Shown: positions 10,910-21,672, counted from the stretch's first letter. The stretch: DNA of 64,000 bases from Mesotaenium endlicherianum (GCA_009602735.1 WELA01001485.1:124001-188000), one strand, 5' to 3'. Translations and numbers: made by a program. The notes: a model not told the origin generated them from the sequence alone.

Positions 10910-12325
10910 ATGTTTGTAAAACAATTGTATACGGGCTGTCTCAGTGAAGCCGCTTATTATATTGAGAGTGAGGGAGAAGCCGCAGTAATCGATCCTTTAC
11001 GAGATATTGAAGAATACCTTCAACTCGCCAGGGAGCGGAATACAACCATCAAATATATTTTCGAGACCCATTTTCATGCCGACTTTGTCAGCGGTCACCT
11101 CGACCTCGCAGCGGCAACCGGCGCTACTATTGTGTATGGTCCTGATACCCATACTAACTTTCCTGTGCATGTAGCCAAGGATGGAGAACTGTTTTCCATT
11201 GGCAAAATGAAAATGCAGGTACTCCATACACCCGGACATACACTGGAAAGCAGTTGTTACCTGCTCAAGGATGAAGCAGGTAAGGACCAGGCATTATTTA
11301 CAGGTGATACCTTGTTTGTGGGGGATGTGGGCCGTCCCGACCTGGCACAAAAAGGCGCCACATTAACCATGAACGACCTGGCAGGCATGTTGTATGATAG
11401 CCTCCGGAAAAAAATATTGCCTCTGCCAGATCATGTTATCATCTATCCTGCCCATGGAGCGGGCAGCAGTTGCGGTAAGAACCTCGGCACGGAAACATAC
11501 AGTACCGTAGGTGAACAAAAACAAACGAATTATGCGCTCGCTTCGCAAAGCAAGGAAGATTTCATCAAAGCCGTCACTGAAGGATTAACGACCCCTCCTC
11601 AATATTTCCCTATTAATGCACAGATCAATAAGGAGGGGTACGAAAGCCTGGAGGCACTGCTGCAAAAAGGCATGCAGGCCTGGGATGCAGATTCATTCAG
11701 AAAAAAAGCACAGGATGAGAACATCATCTTATTAGACACCCGCAAAGCCACTGTGTTTACACAGGGCTTTGTGCCGGGGTCTGTAAGCATTGGCCTTGAG
11801 GGCCGTTTTGCCGAATGGGCAGGCAGCTTGTTACCATTCGATCGACCCCTGCTGCTCATTACTGAGCCGGAGCAGGAAAGAGAAACCATTGTACGATTGG
11901 CCAGGGTAGGTTTCGATAAATTCGAAGGACATCTTGCCGGTGGCTTCGAAGCCTGGCTGGCAGCCGGTTTGCCCATTGATATGATCATCGATGTGGAAGC
12001 CGATGAATTGGCGATGGACATTCCCTTCGATCCCAACCTGGTGATCGTGGACGTTAGAAAAGTACCCGAATATGCCGATGGCCATGTTAAACAAGCCATC
12101 AACATACCCCTTGAAACACTCATGGATCCCGCCAGCATGGCCAATCTCGACGAACATCACAACATCTATGTTCATTGTGCGGGCGGTTATCGCAGTGTTA
12201 TTGCTTCTTCACTCATCAAAAGACAGGGCATCCACAACCTGCGCAACATAGCGGGTGGATGGGGCAGTATCAAAGAATTGGGTGATAAATTCAAGATTGA
12301 AAAAAGTACGGAAGTATTGAATTAA
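10910..12325 (+). CDS. MBL-fold persulfide dioxygenase / rhodanese fusion (CstB-like)
   Basis: THFHADF, TPGHT, FTGDTLF, PAHGAGSSCG, and two rhodanese domains, the last with HCAGGYRS. Confidence 0.85.
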   Translation: MFVKQLYTGCLSEAAYYIESEGEAAVIDPLRDIEEYLQLARERNTTIKYIFETHFHADFVSGHLDLAAATGATIVYGPDTHTNFPVHVAKDGELFSIGKMKMQVLHTPGHTLESSCYLLKDEAGKDQALFTGDTLFVGDVGRPDLAQKGATLTMNDLAGMLYDSLRKKILPLPDHVIIYPAHGAGSSCGKNLGTETYSTVGEQKQTNYALASQSKEDFIKAVTEGLTTPPQYFPINAQINKEGYESLEALLQKGMQAWDADSFRKKAQDENIILLDTRKATVFTQGFVPGSVSIGLEGRFAEWAGSLLPFDRPLLLITEPEQERETIVRLARVGFDKFEGHLAGGFEAWLAAGLPIDMIIDVEADELAMDIPFDPNLVIVDVRKVPEYADGHVKQAINIPLETLMDPASMANLDEHHNIYVHCAGGYRSVIASSLIKRQGIHNLRNIAGGWGSIKELGDKFKIEKSTEVLN

Positions 12326-13206
12326 TGGATCATCAGGTGTCCGAATTTCTCTTCGTCGTACTGGAATTTCCAGCGGCGATGACTCCACAAATAATTATCG
12401 GGAATCTGTTTCACAGATGCTTCTATTTTGTTCACCAGTAATTTGGTCAATGCCCCGTTGGTATAGCTTTTAGGTTCTGTCGTTACCAATTCAAAATCTA
12501 CGCGGTAATACCCTCGTTTTACTTTGTAAAAATGGGCATACACGATGGCTGTATTGTTCACTTTGGCTCCTTTTTCGGGTCCTCTTACAAAAGGAGTAGG
12601 TTTGCCAAAGAAGGGTGTCCAGTATGCTTTATCGGGGCCGCCCGGGTTCTGGTCGGCTACCAGGATCAAAGCATATTTATCATGAACGTATTTGTGAAAG
12701 TCGCGCCTGAACTCTGTAGCAGGCACGAGCAACGTGCCGAATTTTGTTCTGAGCTTGCGCATCAGCCTGTCGAATATTTTATTCGATAGCGGCATGTACA
12801 CCACTACAAAAGGATATTGACTGTCCAGCGCCACTCCCAGGTTCGCAAATTCCCAGCTGAAATAATGACCGGTGATCACCTGCACGTTTTGTCCGGTTGC
12901 ATACAACTGGTTCATCACTTCAATATTGCTGGAAAACCGTTTGCGGAATGCCCGCTCACTTACCGAAAGCAGTTTGATGGTTTCAATGAAGAAATCAATG
13001 AAATTATGGTAGAATTTTTTTGCAATGCGTTTTCTTTCTTCCTCGCTTTTCTCAGGAAAAGCGATGGCAAGATTGCCCATCACCACTTCTTTTCTGTAGC
13101 CGAACACATAATACACCAATACATAAATACCATCACTCAAAAAATAAAGCACCCGCCAGGGTAACAGCGACAACAAATAAAAAATGCCGTAAACGATATA
13201 ATACAT
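12322..13206 (-). CDS. Lipid A acyltransferase (LpxL/HtrB-like lysophospholipid acyltransferase family)
   Basis: N-terminal TM, HYFSWE, LVADQ, PFFG, YLWSHRRWK motifs. Confidence 0.88.
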   Translation of the reverse strand: MYYIVYGIFYLLSLLPWRVLYFLSDGIYVLVYYVFGYRKEVVMGNLAIAFPEKSEEERKRIAKKFYHNFIDFFIETIKLLSVSERAFRKRFSSNIEVMNQLYATGQNVQVITGHYFSWEFANLGVALDSQYPFVVVYMPLSNKIFDRLMRKLRTKFGTLLVPATEFRRDFHKYVHDKYALILVADQNPGGPDKAYWTPFFGKPTPFVRGPEKGAKVNNTAIVYAHFYKVKRGYYRVDFELVTTEPKSYTNGALTKLLVNKIEASVKQIPDNYLWSHRRWKFQYDEEKFGHLMIH

Positions 13207-13215
13207 GCGGGTATT

Positions 13216-14823
13216 TTAAAGGATGATGTTTTGCAACAATTCGCTTTTTTGTTGATGATCGGTATTGTAATGCAATCCCCTGCTTTCTTTCCGGAACTGC
13301 GCTCCTTTTACGATCAGATATCCCACGGTAATGAGGTTGCGCAACTCACACAATTGAGGTGATACTTTTGTTGTGCGATACAGTTCTTCTGTTTCTGTAA
13401 ACAGGAGATCAAGTCGCTTCATGGCCCTTTCCAATCGCACATCGGTTCGCACAATACCTACGTAATCGCTCATGATCTGCTGTAATTCTTTCTGACTCTG
13501 TGTGATCAGGATCATCTCGCGCGGATCGGTGGTGCTCAATGCTTTCCAGTCGGGGATGCTTTCTGCAAAAGCAATGGCATCTATCTGTGCATTCGCATCA
13601 AGGAAACAACGGTGTCCGAATACCATGGCTTCGAGCAGGCTATTGCTGGCGAGGCGGTTGGCGCCGTGTAAACCGGTACTGGCACATTCTCCGCATGCGT
13701 AGAGGTGTTGGATGGAGGTCCTGCCCCATTCATCTGTTTTAATGCCGCCGCAACTGTAATGTGCTGCAGGCGCCACCGGTATCATCTGTTGCATTACATC
13801 GATACCTATGCTGAGGCATTTTTCGTAAATATTGGGGAAATGCCGCAGGAATTTTTCCCTGTGCATTTCCCTGCAATCGAGGTACACGTATTCGGTACCG
13901 GTGCGTTTCATTTCACTATCGATGGCACGCGCTACAATATCACGCGGGGCAAGGTCTTTCCGGGCATCGTATTTTTCCATGAAAGCTTCTTCGTTCCTGT
14001 TGCGGAGGATGGCGCCATCGCCTCTCACCGCTTCGGTGATCAAAAAAGAAGGGGAAACACCCGGTTCATATAATGCGGTAGGATGGAATTGTATGAACTC
14101 CATGTTTTCAATCCTGCCTTTAGCGCGATATACCATTGCAATGCCATCACCTGTGGCTATACGGGGATTGGTAGTAGTACGGTATGCTTGTCCGCAGCCT
14201 CCGGTAGCCAGTAAAGTGATCCGCGCCAGTATTTTTTCAATCTGGTTGGTACGCTCGTTCAGCACATATACACCATAACAGGTAATATCGGGTGTTGATT
14301 TGGTAACGAGGTAGCCGAGGTGATGCTGGGTAATGATATCAATCACAAAACAATGATTGATGAGTTGTATGTTGGCTACCTGCTTCATTTCTTCCAGCAA
14401 AGCACGTTCTACTTCTTTGCCGGTAACATCTTTGTGATGCAGGATGCGGTTCTCGCTGTGGCCACCTTCTTTTCCAAGACTGTACTCGCCGGTTTCATCC
14501 TTATCGAAACGGGCGCCATATTCGATGATCTCCCTGATCCGCTCGGGGCCTTCTTTCACTACAATTTCCACGACCCGTTCATTGCACAATCCATCGCCTG
14601 CAATCAGTGTGTCTTCGATATGTTTGCCATAGCTGTCATTTTCTTCATCCCATACACCTGCAATTCCACCCTGTGCATATTTGGTGTTGGTTTCATCTGT
14701 GCGGGTCTTGGTAATAACCGTCACTTGCCTGGAAGGATGTTGCTTGGCCGCTTTCAAAGCATAAGTCAATCCTGCAATACCCGATCCGATTACCAAAAAA
14801 TCTGTCTGCATATCTGTTGTCAT
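13216..14823 (-). CDS. nadB: L-aspartate oxidase
   Basis: IGSGIAG, YAQGGIA, EGGHS, QFHPT, LAPRDIVAR, GLHGANRLASNSLLE, ESRGLH. Confidence 0.96.
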   Translation of the reverse strand: MTTDMQTDFLVIGSGIAGLTYALKAAKQHPSRQVTVITKTRTDETNTKYAQGGIAGVWDEENDSYGKHIEDTLIAGDGLCNERVVEIVVKEGPERIREIIEYGARFDKDETGEYSLGKEGGHSENRILHHKDVTGKEVERALLEEMKQVANIQLINHCFVIDIITQHHLGYLVTKSTPDITCYGVYVLNERTNQIEKILARITLLATGGCGQAYRTTTNPRIATGDGIAMVYRAKGRIENMEFIQFHPTALYEPGVSPSFLITEAVRGDGAILRNRNEEAFMEKYDARKDLAPRDIVARAIDSEMKRTGTEYVYLDCREMHREKFLRHFPNIYEKCLSIGIDVMQQMIPVAPAAHYSCGGIKTDEWGRTSIQHLYACGECASTGLHGANRLASNSLLEAMVFGHRCFLDANAQIDAIAFAESIPDWKALSTTDPREMILITQSQKELQQIMSDYVGIVRTDVRLERAMKRLDLLFTETEELYRTTKVSPQLCELRNLITVGYLIVKGAQFRKESRGLHYNTDHQQKSELLQNIIL

Positions 14824-14836
14824 AATTGCTGGTTAC

Positions 14837-16849
14837 TCATAGCCTTGCCGGTTCCACCCAGGCGCCATGCTCTTTCAATATATTGATCAGCTCGTCAACC
14901 GCTACTTCACTTTCCACGTTCCGCTTGACTATTTCTTTTCCTTTATACAAAGTGATCTTACCAACCCCGCTTCCCACATACCCGAAATCGGCATCGGCCA
15001 TCTCACCGGGTCCGTTTACAATGCAACCCATAATAGCAATCTTAACGCCTTTGAGGTGGTTGGTTACTTCCCTGATCCTGGCAGTGGTTTCCTGCAGGTC
15101 GAACAAAGTGCGGCCGCAACTGGGGCAGGAAATATATTCTGTTTTTGATATTCTGGTACGCGTGGCTTGCAGGATACTGAAAGCCGTTGCATTCACAAAT
15201 TGTTCAACGGTGGTGTTATTCAGGTAATTCCTGCCGCTGGTAGCGCTTTTGTTCGCTTCCAGTTGTTCATAGCTTTTAGCTTTCATGCCCAGCCATATCC
15301 CATCGCCAAACCCATCGAGCAGTAATGCACCCGCTTCTGTTGCAAAATGGATCAGGTGTTCATCGGCTGTTTCCCATGAACTGTCTGTCATCAGTATCAC
15401 CGGGTTCTGTATTTTCCTTTGCAGTAATTCCATGAACATACGGCGGACAGCGGGCATCGCGTGTTGCCGGCTGCTGCTGAAACAAAGTATTACTGAAGGA
15501 TCGTTGGCCAGTTCATCGAGGTGAGAAAAATTATTGATGGGCGTTTCATCACTGAAACAATCCAGCATCACAAAATTTTTCGAATGCTTATTTTCTGCCG
15601 ACACAAAACCGGATGCATTGTATACAGGGAAATATTTTTCTTTATCGGCAGCCATCGCCCAGGCACCCGCATAAACAATCACTTTCAGCATTCCGGGAAG
15701 GGCAAAATCAAGTAGCTGGTGGCCGGTGAACACATAATCGGCTGCAGTATCACTGATGTTCCACTTGTCGAGCTTTTCATCGTACCGGTAGCCAATGCTT
15801 TCCAGGACTGCCGGTGTGATCTTGTCTACCTTGCTCAGATCGGCCACTACAACAGGCACTTGTTTACCGCCGATATTTCCCACTTCAAAACATTCCCTGC
15901 GTTGATAACTGAAAGGATCATAAGGTATTTTTTCTATCGCCGGGATGCCTGTACCAACCGACGTTGCGGATGCATAACGTTTTACCAGGTCTTTGCATAC
16001 GGGTATTTCAAATTCAGGGTCTTCCGTTAAACTAACGCGTATGGTATCTCCCACACCATCTTCCAGCAGGGTTCCGATACCGGCAGCGCTTTTAACCCTT
16101 CCGTCCTCTCCATCTCCTGCTTCTGTAACACCCAGGTGCAAGGGATAGCATTCACCAAACTCTGCATCCATTTGTTGTATCAGCAAACGATAAGCCTGCA
16201 CCATTACCTGTGGGTTACTGGCTTTCATGCTCAATACAATATTGTGATAGCTTTCTCCCCTGGCGATCCTTAAAAACTCCATGGCGCTTTCCACCATGCC
16301 CATGGGTGTATCGCCATAGCGGCTCATGATGCGGTCGCTCAACGAACCATGATTGGTACCGATGCGCATGGCTGTTCCATGTTCTTTGCAAATCTTTACC
16401 AGCGGTGTAAAGCGTTCGCGGATGCGATCGATCTCTTCTGCATATTCCACATCGGTATATTCGAGGAGTTCGAATTTTTTCTTATCAACATAATTGCCGG
16501 GATTGACCCTTACTTTTTCTACAATACGGGCCGCAATCTCTGCTGCATTGGGTGTAAAATGGATGTCGGCAACAAGTGGTGTATGGTATCCTCTTTTCCG
16601 TAGTTCGTTTTTGATGTGCAGCAGGTTCTCCGCTTCCTTCTTGCTGGGCGCCGTAATACGCACCAATTCAGCCCCCGCTTCAATACAACGGATACTTTGC
16701 TCTACAGTGGCAATGGTATCCATGGTATCTGTAGTGGTCATGGTCTGCAGCCTGATAGGGTGACCATTGCCCAATAGCAAGTCTCCAATCTTCACTTCCC
16801 GGGTTGGTAGCCGTTTATACTGTGTAAGGGAATTACAATACAATTGCAT
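14837..16849 (-). CDS. ispG: HMBPP synthase, long three-domain form
   Basis: QTMTTTDT, ADIHF, RVNPGN, RIGTNHGSL, HLGVTEAG, SCPSCGRT, MGCIVNGPGE; central insertion. Confidence 0.96.
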   Translation of the reverse strand: MQLYCNSLTQYKRLPTREVKIGDLLLGNGHPIRLQTMTTTDTMDTIATVEQSIRCIEAGAELVRITAPSKKEAENLLHIKNELRKRGYHTPLVADIHFTPNAAEIAARIVEKVRVNPGNYVDKKKFELLEYTDVEYAEEIDRIRERFTPLVKICKEHGTAMRIGTNHGSLSDRIMSRYGDTPMGMVESAMEFLRIARGESYHNIVLSMKASNPQVMVQAYRLLIQQMDAEFGECYPLHLGVTEAGDGEDGRVKSAAGIGTLLEDGVGDTIRVSLTEDPEFEIPVCKDLVKRYASATSVGTGIPAIEKIPYDPFSYQRRECFEVGNIGGKQVPVVVADLSKVDKITPAVLESIGYRYDEKLDKWNISDTAADYVFTGHQLLDFALPGMLKVIVYAGAWAMAADKEKYFPVYNASGFVSAENKHSKNFVMLDCFSDETPINNFSHLDELANDPSVILCFSSSRQHAMPAVRRMFMELLQRKIQNPVILMTDSSWETADEHLIHFATEAGALLLDGFGDGIWLGMKAKSYEQLEANKSATSGRNYLNNTTVEQFVNATAFSILQATRTRISKTEYISCPSCGRTLFDLQETTARIREVTNHLKGVKIAIMGCIVNGPGEMADADFGYVGSGVGKITLYKGKEIVKRNVESEVAVDELINILKEHGAWVEPARL

Positions 16850-16897
16850 AACACTAAATGTGCTGCAAAATTAACTGTTAATAGGCAATAATTATTT

Positions 16898-17740
16898 TCA
16901 GCGTTTTCCCTCGAAAAAGCCCCTTTCTTTCAGGATGGCCCTCAGTATATCCAGCCGCAGCGGTGTCATGGGCGTATTATGGGGGCCTTCAACATTCATG
17001 GCAAAGAAATAGGGATGATGGTTTTCTTCTATCCATCCAACCATCCAGCCCAGGGCATTGCCATTGGGCAGGAAGCCCCAGCCGGTTTTATAGCTGAGCT
17101 GGTAATTGGCGTTGCTTTCCTGGAGCAGGGCTTTCTTAACAATTTCCTGGGTGCGCTTCTGAAAAGGTAATTTCCCGAAATACAGCTCTTTCAACAGTCC
17201 CATCTGCTCATCGGCCGTCACCTTTAATGTATTGTTCAACCAAAATGTATCAATAGCGCCACTGATAATATGATTACCATACTTCAGACTGTCGAGCCAA
17301 TGATGCATCGTATCTTTTCCAATTCTTCTCGCTACTTCCTGGTAATAGGGAACAGCAGATGCTTTGAATGCCTCCAGCATTGTAAGGTCTTTATTCCATC
17401 CTTTTGCCGTATCTCCGTTCGGATATTTGCGAATCACGCCATCCCATTTAATGACCATTTTTTCATCAACGATCTTCCCTGTTTCAATACCTATGAGCGA
17501 GTTAACGATCTTGAATGTAGAAGCGGGTAAATACGCAGAATCTTTGAACCTTTCAAGGTTGTAAATAATAAACTGCCCCGTTCCGTTATCATATAGTCCG
17601 AATGTTCCTTTTACATGGTTTGTATCGAAATATTTCCGGAGACTGTTATCAATGGTAACATTGTTCGGAGAACAAGCTGTGATGCATACGGAGAGTATCA
17701 CAGCCATGCAACACAACAGGAATGAAACGCTGTTTTTCAT
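16898..17740 (-). CDS. Class D (OXA-like) beta-lactamase, probable lipoprotein
   Basis: PASTFK, SAV, YGN, FWL and KTG motifs; lipobox-like ITAC. Confidence 0.85.
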   Translation of the reverse strand: MKNSVSFLLCCMAVILSVCITACSPNNVTIDNSLRKYFDTNHVKGTFGLYDNGTGQFIIYNLERFKDSAYLPASTFKIVNSLIGIETGKIVDEKMVIKWDGVIRKYPNGDTAKGWNKDLTMLEAFKASAVPYYQEVARRIGKDTMHHWLDSLKYGNHIISGAIDTFWLNNTLKVTADEQMGLLKELYFGKLPFQKRTQEIVKKALLQESNANYQLSYKTGWGFLPNGNALGWMVGWIEENHHPYFFAMNVEGPHNTPMTPLRLDILRAILKERGFFEGKR

Positions 17741-17758
17741 GTCTAGGTTTTACGGTGT

Positions 17759-18946
17759 TTATTTCAATACGCTCAGTTCCTTACCTACTTTGGTGAAAGC
17801 GGCAATGGCTTTGTCGAGGTGTGCCTGTTCATGTGCAGCGCTCAGTTGCACACGGATACGTGCAAGTCCTTTAGCAACAACCGGGTAGAAGAAACCAATC
17901 ACATACACGCCTTCATCCAACAATTTAGCTGCGAACTGCTGCGCCACTACTGCATCGTAGAGCATGATGGGAACGATGGGATGATCACCGGGCTTGATAT
18001 CGAAGCCGGCTTCGGTCATTTTCGACCGGAAGTATTTTGTATTGTATTCGAGCTTATCACGCAGCTCGGTGGTTTCGGTAAGCATATCCAGCACCGCGAT
18101 AGAAGCTCCAACGATAGAAGGCGCTACTGTATTGGAGAAGAGGTAAGGCCGGCTCCGCTGGCGCAGCATCTCGATCACTTCTTTTTTTCCCGAAGTAAAT
18201 CCACCGCTGGCACCGCCAAGCGCTTTACCCAGTGTACCGGTGATGATATCGATCCTGCCCATCACATTCCTGTATTCATGGGTGCCGCGACCAGTTTTAC
18301 CCAGGAAGCCGGAAGAATGGCATTCGTCGATCATTACTATTGCATCATATTGATCGGCCAGGTCGCAGATCTTATCCAGTTGGGCGATGGTGCCATCCAT
18401 ACTGAAAGAGCCATCTGTTACAATGATACGGTTCCGGCAACCTGCCGCTTCTTTCAGCTTGACTTCCAGGTCGGCCATGTTGTTGTGCTCGTAACGGAAA
18501 CGCTGCGCTTTACACAAACGCACCCCATCGATGATGGATGCATGATTCAGCGCATCACTGATAATGGCATCCTGCTCGTTGAACAGGGGCTCGAATACTC
18601 CACCATTCGCGTCGAATGCCGCGGCATACAATATGGTATCTTCGGTTCCGAGGAATTGAGCGATCTTTTGCTCCAGTTCTTTATGGATATCCTGGGTGCC
18701 ACAGATGAAACGCACACTGCTCATACCGTAGCCGTGGCTGTTGATGGCTGCATGCGCCGCTTCGATCACTTTGGGGTGAGACGAGAGTCCGAGGTAATTG
18801 TTGGCACAGAAATTCAATACTTTTTTGCCGTTCACTACAATTTCCGGCCCCTGTTCACTGGTAATGACCCTTTCTTTTTTGAACAGTCCGGCTTCTTCTA
18901 TCTCCTTTAATTCCTGCGCAATGCGGTTGGTAAAATGATTATTCAT
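17759..18946 (-). CDS. kbl: Glycine C-acetyltransferase (2-amino-3-ketobutyrate CoA ligase)
   Basis: FCANNYLGL, SVRFICGT, NHASIIDG, GTLGKALGG, RSRPYLFSN. Confidence 0.95.
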   Translation of the reverse strand: MNNHFTNRIAQELKEIEEAGLFKKERVITSEQGPEIVVNGKKVLNFCANNYLGLSSHPKVIEAAHAAINSHGYGMSSVRFICGTQDIHKELEQKIAQFLGTEDTILYAAAFDANGGVFEPLFNEQDAIISDALNHASIIDGVRLCKAQRFRYEHNNMADLEVKLKEAAGCRNRIIVTDGSFSMDGTIAQLDKICDLADQYDAIVMIDECHSSGFLGKTGRGTHEYRNVMGRIDIITGTLGKALGGASGGFTSGKKEVIEMLRQRSRPYLFSNTVAPSIVGASIAVLDMLTETTELRDKLEYNTKYFRSKMTEAGFDIKPGDHPIVPIMLYDAVVAQQFAAKLLDEGVYVIGFFYPVVAKGLARIRVQLSAAHEQAHLDKAIAAFTKVGKELSVLK

Positions 18947-18979
18947 GGTCGACACTTTTCGACCGCGAAGATATTTTAT

Positions 18980-19663
18980 TTAGACAACAAAACGATACCC
19001 CACCCCTTTGATGGTAATGATCTCCAGGCTCGTGTCGTCTTTCAGGTATCCCCTGATCTTGGTAATGTATACATCCAGGTTACGGCTATTGAAGAAAGAG
19101 TCGTTACCCCAGATATGGTTGAGCAGCTCCCTTCTGTCTATCACATCGTTGCGGTGCTGGTAGAGGTATTTGATCAGTTCGGTTTCGCGGTAAGAGAGTT
19201 TTCGCTCTTCGGCGCCTCCTTGCAATAATTGTTTGTTGAGGTGGAACTGAAATTTGCCCAGCGGGATGGTGTCTCCATTTGTTGTCAGCAATGGTTCCTT
19301 TTTTATACGCAATAAGTTTTCTATCCGTACAATCAATTCTTCCATACTGAACGGCTTGCGTATGTAATCATTGGCCCCCAGCCTGAACCCTGTAAGCACA
19401 TCATCCGTCTGCGTTTTGGCCGTCAGGAAAATAATGGGTACATCATCGTTCAGCTTACGGATATCTTTTGCCAGTTCAAATCCACTGCGACCGGGCAGCA
19501 TCACATCCAACACACAGATATCCGGGCGCTCGCTCATAAACTGTTCCAGCACCTGGTTTCCATCGGCTTCCATGACCACTTCAAAGCCACGTGTCTCGAG
19601 CGATTCTTTTACGATCTTTCCCAGGAAGCGCTCGTCTTCCACATATAATACTTTGATGTTCAT
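18980..19663 (-). CDS. OmpR-family response regulator
   Basis: REC (VED, LDVMLP, FLTAK, KPF) plus wHTH (LDVYITKIR, KGVGY). Confidence 0.95.
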   Translation of the reverse strand: MNIKVLYVEDERFLGKIVKESLETRGFEVVMEADGNQVLEQFMSERPDICVLDVMLPGRSGFELAKDIRKLNDDVPIIFLTAKTQTDDVLTGFRLGANDYIRKPFSMEELIVRIENLLRIKKEPLLTTNGDTIPLGKFQFHLNKQLLQGGAEERKLSYRETELIKYLYQHRNDVIDRRELLNHIWGNDSFFNSRNLDVYITKIRGYLKDDTSLEIITIKGVGYRFVV

Positions 19664-21672
19664 ATAGTTTTCTTTCTGATCACGCGATGCTCATCAAACC
19701 GGATCTCATCGGCCGCTGCAACCGGGAGTTTTACAATGAAAGCGCTTCCTTTTCCCAATATACTTTCAACATAAATATACCCCATGTGTTGTTTCACGAT
19801 CTCAGCAACATAGCTCAATCCCAGTCCATATCCCTTAATGTTATGCTGGTTCCCCATCGGCACCCGGAAGAATTTATCAAAGACTTTCTGTTGGTACTGG
19901 TGTGCAATGCCTACCCCATTATCACTCACTTTCAATTCAAGAATATTTTCCTGTACAGCTTTCAACGCTATTTGAATGACCGGTACGCCGGCGCTGTATT
20001 TCAGGGCATTATCCAGTAAGTTATAAATAACGCTGGTAATATGCAACTTATCCGCTTCGATCAGGAAAGAACTGCCTTCGGTGGTAAAAGATACCTGAGC
20101 GTTTTGCTTTTCCAGTTGCAGGCGCATGGTAGCGAGGGTTTCATCGATCAATGCTTTCATGTCGAACTGCTCTTTTTTCAGTTTTACTCTTTTATTTTCA
20201 AATATCGATAGCTTGAGTACCTTATCTACCAACAACCCCAGTCTTTGTAATTCGGAAGCTGAAATATCCAGGTACTCTTTGGTCTTTTCCGGGCTCCTGA
20301 TGGCATTGAAGTTACGCAGCGCTTCTATGGCAACACTTACTGTTGCAATAGGTGTTTTCAATTCGTGTGTGATGTTGCTGATGAAATCGTTTTTGATATT
20401 GGCCAGCTTTTGTTGCGCCAGGATATTCCGGTACATGATGATGAAAGAAATCAGCACCAATAACAGCAACAGAACAGAACCGCCAATCTGCATGCGCATT
20501 TTACCAAGAATATATTGTTGCACACCGGAGAAATGCGCCTGGTAAGCGTAAGGTGTATTGAATCCTACAAATACTTTCGAAGTAGTTACTTCTTTGGTGC
20601 TGTCCTTTTCAAAATCTGCTTTTGCAGGTAATGTATTTCTATAAGATTTGAAGCTGATATTGTAAGGGGGGTAACCGTTCATGAGCTTTGCCAGCTCTGC
20701 TTTATAGGCAGAATCAACGCGTGCAACCGGTATAGAATCGTTCAGTGTTCTATTGGTACTGAAGAAAGTAACAATGTCCGGAGAGGGTTTATAGCGCTTT
20801 TTTGTTTGAATCTTCTCAGGAACAGGTTCTGTTAAAATTGTATCTCCTTCCGGAGGCGGCGGTGGCCTGCGAAGATGTGATTCGATCTTTGCAGGCATTG
20901 GGAGCCGCACGGAAAAATTAGCGTTAGCTGGCGCTCTCATTCTTTGTGGATGGTACGCTATATCTGCATTGTTCTTCCACTCAAAATGATCAATTTTTTC
21001 TATCCCGTTAATCTTTACAAACGTATCCCTGGCTGAGCGATGAGAAGCGCTGTCTCGTGTTGTATTGCTGTAACTTATGGTGATGGAGGGAAAACCTTTC
21101 CGGAGATGTTTCAAAGAAGTGGAATCCAACCGAACCCATGCTCCATTTTTCCTGATCATCATTTGCCTGGCCGAATCTCTCAGTGTCATTTTTTCCCTCA
21201 GCATCAGTTCTGCTTTTCTCTGCAACATCAATTCAACCAACCTGGGAGGAGGGACTCCTGCTATTTCATTGACCGGATGTACCGCTATGGCTTGTACGCC
21301 TTCGTGCGGAGGTGTTTCATCACGCATTTCCGGTATATCAAACCTGAAATGAAATGTTGAGTCTTCTTTATGATCCCTTCTGTGCTGCTCTTTTCGTTTG
21401 GTTCGTGGTGCTTGTCTTACAGTCTGCGAAGTGTTCAATGCAGCTATATGTTGCTTATCAGTATCGGGGATGACCAACGCAGTCAATGAAGTATCTTTTT
21501 CATATAAACGGCGCTGCAATTTATCAATCGCACCCCTGAAAGCCACTTCCACTCCATTGTTGAGGCCCTTGTATTCATCCCGGTACAGCTTGTTCAACCA
21601 ATAGCCTTCAAATGCCGCCAGTACCAGTATGGTCGCAATCATCAACGCCTGCGAAATCTGAAGCTTGTTCAT
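19660..21672 (-). CDS. Membrane sensor histidine kinase
   Basis: Two TMs; HisKA ITHELKTP; HATPase NLLDNALKY, DNGVGI, GYGLGL; 4-nt overlap with the regulator. Confidence 0.93.
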   Translation of the reverse strand: MNKLQISQALMIATILVLAAFEGYWLNKLYRDEYKGLNNGVEVAFRGAIDKLQRRLYEKDTSLTALVIPDTDKQHIAALNTSQTVRQAPRTKRKEQHRRDHKEDSTFHFRFDIPEMRDETPPHEGVQAIAVHPVNEIAGVPPPRLVELMLQRKAELMLREKMTLRDSARQMMIRKNGAWVRLDSTSLKHLRKGFPSITISYSNTTRDSASHRSARDTFVKINGIEKIDHFEWKNNADIAYHPQRMRAPANANFSVRLPMPAKIESHLRRPPPPPEGDTILTEPVPEKIQTKKRYKPSPDIVTFFSTNRTLNDSIPVARVDSAYKAELAKLMNGYPPYNISFKSYRNTLPAKADFEKDSTKEVTTSKVFVGFNTPYAYQAHFSGVQQYILGKMRMQIGGSVLLLLLVLISFIIMYRNILAQQKLANIKNDFISNITHELKTPIATVSVAIEALRNFNAIRSPEKTKEYLDISASELQRLGLLVDKVLKLSIFENKRVKLKKEQFDMKALIDETLATMRLQLEKQNAQVSFTTEGSSFLIEADKLHITSVIYNLLDNALKYSAGVPVIQIALKAVQENILELKVSDNGVGIAHQYQQKVFDKFFRVPMGNQHNIKGYGLGLSYVAEIVKQHMGYIYVESILGKGSAFIVKLPVAAADEIRFDEHRVIRKKTI

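Noticed and set aside
17819..18910. 363-aa ORF antisense to kbl
   Set aside because: Shadow frame of a conserved gene; no recognisable motifs.
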